Translations under genes and position numbers: made by a program
The notes under the pieces: generated by a model
What the model saw: the letters and a program-made list of their open reading frames with translations, nothing else
The model's database searches: none
Told to the model about the DNA's origin: nothing
Shown: one piece after another, positions 61,130 to 64,000 of the stretch
Numbering within the stretch: position 1 is the stretch's first letter
Layout of the letters: each line of letters begins with the position of its first letter
DNA from: Planctomycetota bacterium
GTDB taxonomy: Bacteria; Planctomycetota; SZUA-567; H5-PLA8
Length of the DNA stretch: 64,000 bases
Direction: 5' to 3'
Assembly (NCBI GenBank): GCA_035308565.1
Contig: DATGGK010000038.1
Span: 19,023-83,022 of the forward strand

Positions 61130-62546
61130 GTTTCGCTGCGGCCTCGCGTACATACTTATCCACGTTATTCGCCACAATCACTCCATAGTTCACCGCGCCC
61201 AGCCATCCCGACATGATGATCCCAACCGACCCGGCGTGGAACAGGCCGTGAACTTGGTTGGGCAAATCCATGCTGACCTTCAGCCCCTCGAACTTCGTCC
61301 CGAACGACGCGCCGTGCATGTGCATGGTATAATGTTCGAAAGTTTTCGGTGTGCTGGCTTCGAGATGGTCGATCTTCGGGCGCACGTCTGGCAGGTATTT
61401 TTCAAGCGCCGCGACGGTTTCGTCGATCAGCTTATGCTTCTCAGCTTCGTATTCTTCCGGAGATAGACTGGCCCAATCGCTGTAGTTCGCGTTGGTGGAC
61501 GACACAATCGAATAGCGGTCAGTTCCTGGGCGGATGTCGGGATAGTAGACGGAAAACGTGCGGCTGGTCACGTCGCGCGCGCACAGCGCTTCCGAACTGA
61601 AATGCGGCAGCCTTGAAGTGAAAAGCAAATCGCCGACGTGGTCGATCCGCTCGCCCTTGCGGATGCCGATGTACACCTGGCAGCTCGAATTGTTGAGCCG
61701 CACGGCGTTTGTTTCGTCGAGGAAATTCTTTGAAAGATGCTCCGGCCCAACCATCTTCAAAATCGTATTCTTCAAATTCGCGTTACTGAGCACACTTTTG
61801 GCTCGGATGTCGCGCCCGTTGGCGCGCACGCCTGTCACGTGCCTGCCATCGACCAGGATTCGTTCAACGCACGCATTGGTCTTGAGCGTGACGCCGTTGC
61901 GCATCGCTTCGGCGCGCATTTTTTTGATGAGCTTGTCGGTACCGCCTTGAAACGTATAAACGCCTTTGCTCATGAAATTGGAAAAGACGATGCCATACGT
62001 GATCGCCGGGTCGTCCATCGTCGAACCGTTGGCGTAAGCGATCGGTTCCATCAACAGGCGTACGACGTCGTCGCGGCCTGGAAAGAATTTCTCAAATAGT
62101 TCGCGCGTCGTCATCGCCTGATCGTCGTAAAAATTCATCGCGCGCACGGTGGTGAAAAACGTGTCCACGGTTTCCTGCGGGATTTCAAAACGCGTTTTGA
62201 GGATGTGTTTGAAGTCATTGATATCGAAGGTCGTTTCGAGCGAAAACTGCGGGTTGTCGAAGCGGATGTGTTTGAGCTGGACGATCGAATCGGCGATCTC
62301 CTGCGTCCAGTATTTGCGGCAGGATTTGATCATGCCGATGGGAAAACCGTGCAGCGAAATGTCGAAGACGTGCCCGCCCGGCCGCGTGAACCACGTGGCC
62401 ATGCCGCCGTAGTTGGCGTGTTGTTCGAGCAGCAGGACGCGGTGGCCGATTTTGGCGAGCGTGTTGGCGGCGGTGAGTCCCGCCAGACCGCCGCCGATGA
62501 CGATAATGTCGTACTCGTTGTCGATGCCTTGTAACCAATCGCGCAT
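61122..62546 (-). CDS. FAD-dependent oxidoreductase, phytoene-desaturase (CrtI)-like family
   Basis: The dinucleotide-binding N-terminus [37 protein letters not shown] and the C-terminal [19 protein letters not shown]. Confidence 0.8.
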   Translation of the reverse strand: MRDWLQGIDNEYDIIVIGGGLAGLTAANTLAKIGHRVLLLEQHANYGGMATWFTRPGGHVFDISLHGFPIGMIKSCRKYWTQEIADSIVQLKHIRFDNPQFSLETTFDINDFKHILKTRFEIPQETVDTFFTTVRAMNFYDDQAMTTRELFEKFFPGRDDVVRLLMEPIAYANGSTMDDPAITYGIVFSNFMSKGVYTFQGGTDKLIKKMRAEAMRNGVTLKTNACVERILVDGRHVTGVRANGRDIRAKSVLSNANLKNTILKMVGPEHLSKNFLDETNAVRLNNSSCQVYIGIRKGERIDHVGDLLFTSRLPHFSSEALCARDVTSRTFSVYYPDIRPGTDRYSIVSSTNANYSDWASLSPEEYEAEKHKLIDETVAALEKYLPDVRPKIDHLEASTPKTFEHYTMHMHGASFGTKFEGLKVSMDLPNQVHGLFHAGSVGIIMSGWLGAVNYGVIVANNVDKYVREAAAKHG

Positions 62547-62558
62547 GGCGTGTTCCGA

Positions 62559-62798
62559 TTATGCGGACTTCGCCAAATGCAGCGCGATCTTCTTTCCGAT
62601 TGTCGGTGGCGGCAGTGGCTTTCCGTCCTTCTTCATCGTCGCAATCCATTCATCGACGATCTGGCAGAGGTCCGCATACACTTTGGCCTCGTCATCGCCG
62701 TGACAACAAGGGCCTACGATGCCCGGACACTGGCCAATGAAACAAGCGTCCTCTTCGGACCATTCAACGATTTTGATGTAATGCGCGCTTTCCTTCAC
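62559..62798 (-). CDS. hicB: HicB-like antitoxin
   Basis: 79 aa. YIKIVEWSEEDACFIGQCPGIVGPCCHGDDEAKVYADLCQIVDEWI resembles the HicB N-terminal fold. The GTG start overlaps the hicA stop as GTGA. Confidence 0.7.
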   Translation of the reverse strand: MKESAHYIKIVEWSEEDACFIGQCPGIVGPCCHGDDEAKVYADLCQIVDEWIATMKKDGKPLPPPTIGKKIALHLAKSA

Positions 62799-63001
62799 TG
62801 CTTGGACTCCATGATCTTTCTTTGAACTTCACGCTCCTGGTACCGCTTTGCATCGTCACCAGTTTTCCCGGAAATCGTAAGGCGAATGCCCTTGGAATGC
62901 TCAAAATTTCGGTGGCTTCCTTTTCCGCCGCGATTGATAAAGCCGGCCCGTTCCAAATCCGAAATAAGCTCGCGAATTTTTCGAGGCATATACGCTGCCA
63001 C
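62795..63001 (-). CDS. hicA: HicA-family mRNA interferase toxin
   Basis: PRKIRELISDLERAGFINRGGKGSHRNFEH is the HicA/YcfA pattern with the conserved G-S-H. The start is GTG 63001 or ATG 62989. Confidence 0.8.
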   Translation of the reverse strand: MAAYMPRKIRELISDLERAGFINRGGKGSHRNFEHSKGIRLTISGKTGDDAKRYQEREVQRKIMESKQ

Positions 63002-63066
63002 TCAGTTGTTTGGCATGAAATAGCAGCCTATCAGCATAAGAACCCTAATTGATTTTTCAAGCGTGC

Positions 63067-64000
63067 TTATCCGCCCTTTGCCAACACATGCACATTCGCC
63101 ATCGCCACGCCGCTGACCATCGCGCCGACGATGCCGAGAAAACCTTGATCGGTGCCGCAGAGAAACAAGTTGCTGAACGGCGTCTTTCCGTCCGGGCGTT
63201 TTTGAGGCGCGCCGTAGACGGCGCCGTTGAAATGGCTGGTGAATCTGCGCACGGTCAGCGGCGTAAACGTGTCGATGAATTTCACGCGCGCGCGAAAATC
63301 GGGCATGAACTTCACGGCCTCTTCGATGCTGCGGCGATAACACACCTCTTTTTTCGACGCGTATTGTTCACGCGGCAGCGAGTGCCAGCGCTCGTAATTC
63401 GCGATATTCGTTACGCGCACGAGTCCTTCGCTGAGCGGCTCATCGTATTTGTAATTATTCGGACAGCAGATCACGCCGCTGGCGGGGTCGATCAATTCTT
63501 CCGATGGATGGTAGCGGAATTCGTCGGAGTTGTTGAAGAAAGTGATGGTCGTTGTTTGCCCGAGATACTCGGGCAACGTGTCGAGTACCGATATGGATTC
63601 CATGAACGTCATCACGCCCGCCTGCGCTTGCGCGGACGCATCGGATTTCGAACACAGCGCGAGCGTTTCCGCAGCGCCGATGGAGGAAAGAATTCTGTCA
63701 GCCGTCAGTGTCTCGCCGTTGTCGAGCAAAACCGATTCGACGCGCCCGTGCGCAACGTTGAACGCGCGCACGCCGGTCTTCATTCGCAGTTCGCCATGAT
63801 TGGCCTTGTATTTTTTCAAAAGCGTCGAAACAATTTGCCGCACGCCAATGCGCGGGCGCGCGAAGCCTTCGAAAAAAAGACTGCGGAACATGATGCAAAA
63901 TTGTTCGAAATCCATATCGTCGGGCGTGGCGCTGCCGTAGTACATCACGGGGCAGAGCAGCATTTCGATGAGCGTTTGATCGCTGAGATATTCGCCGAGA
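63067..64000 (-). CDS. Second CrtI-like FAD-dependent oxidoreductase, C-terminal part (5' end beyond the right window edge)
   Basis: The frame stays open from 63963 to 64000 (…LGEYLSDQTLIEMLLCPVMYYGSA). The C-terminus NLFLCGTDQGFLGIVGAMVSGVAMAN parallels the paralog at 61122-62546. Confidence 0.75.
   Translation of the reverse strand, partial: LGEYLSDQTLIEMLLCPVMYYGSATPDDMDFEQFCIMFRSLFFEGFARPRIGVRQIVSTLLKKYKANHGELRMKTGVRAFNVAHGRVESVLLDNGETLTADRILSSIGAAETLALCSKSDASAQAQAGVMTFMESISVLDTLPEYLGQTTTITFFNNSDEFRYHPSEELIDPASGVICCPNNYKYDEPLSEGLVRVTNIANYERWHSLPREQYASKKEVCYRRSIEEAVKFMPDFRARVKFIDTFTPLTVRRFTSHFNGAVYGAPQKRPDGKTPFSNLFLCGTDQGFLGIVGAMVSGVAMANVHVLAKGG

Noticed and set aside
1-64000. Search for tRNA, rRNA, tmRNA/SRP-like RNAs, transposases, integrases and prophage genes
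   Set aside because: I found no cloverleaf-compatible sequence or conserved RNA motif in the intergenic gaps by eye, and no ORF with transposase or integrase motifs. This is a manual scan and needs tRNAscan-SE and Infernal to confirm.

Overview
High-GC chromosomal segment whose gene content fits the PVC superphylum, most likely Verrucomicrobiota. The basis is a DUF1552/DUF1592 pair, a giant protein with autotransporter-type beta-strand repeats, and a BatA-like VWA/DUF4175 operon. I call about 42 protein genes and saw no rRNA, tRNA, CRISPR array, transposase or integrase. Layout by region:
- 1-7.6 kb: a TPR/zinc-ribbon gene that runs off the left edge and is missing from the ORF track, then pilT, a Trm112-like gene, and GT4/GT9/flippase-like envelope genes.
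- 7.8-20.6 kb: one 4,263-aa secreted giant protein. It has four tandem ~2.8 kb modules and a C-terminal C25 (gingipain-like) protease.
- 21-33.9 kb: aldo/keto reductase, GH127-like hydrolase, DUF1552 plus DUF1592, an esterase and an SDR.
- 33.9-44.8 kb: minus-strand operon of a DUF4175-like coiled-coil giant, a BatA-like VWA protein and a HEAT-repeat protein.
- 45-54.6 kb: conserved housekeeping string yicC-gmk-rpoZ-coaC...coaB, secG, tpiA, pheA, greA and an aminotransferase.
- 54.9-64 kb: small envelope proteins, dapF, fabG-like, and two CrtI-like oxidoreductases separated by hicAB.
Main second-look items:
1. coaC and coaB are separate genes with an AT-rich three-gene island between them. The island encodes a Panacea/DUF4065 (PanA-type) protein plus two unknown proteins and has its own sigma70-like promoter.
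2. Almost every intergenic gap holds a long hairpin whose stems are built from tandem heptamer 'words'. One word is also inserted in frame into two unrelated CDSs.
3. The architecture of the giant protein.
The supplied ORF track uses ATG/GTG/TTG starts and longest ORFs, so several listed N-termini are over-extended. I give the starts I consider more likely.
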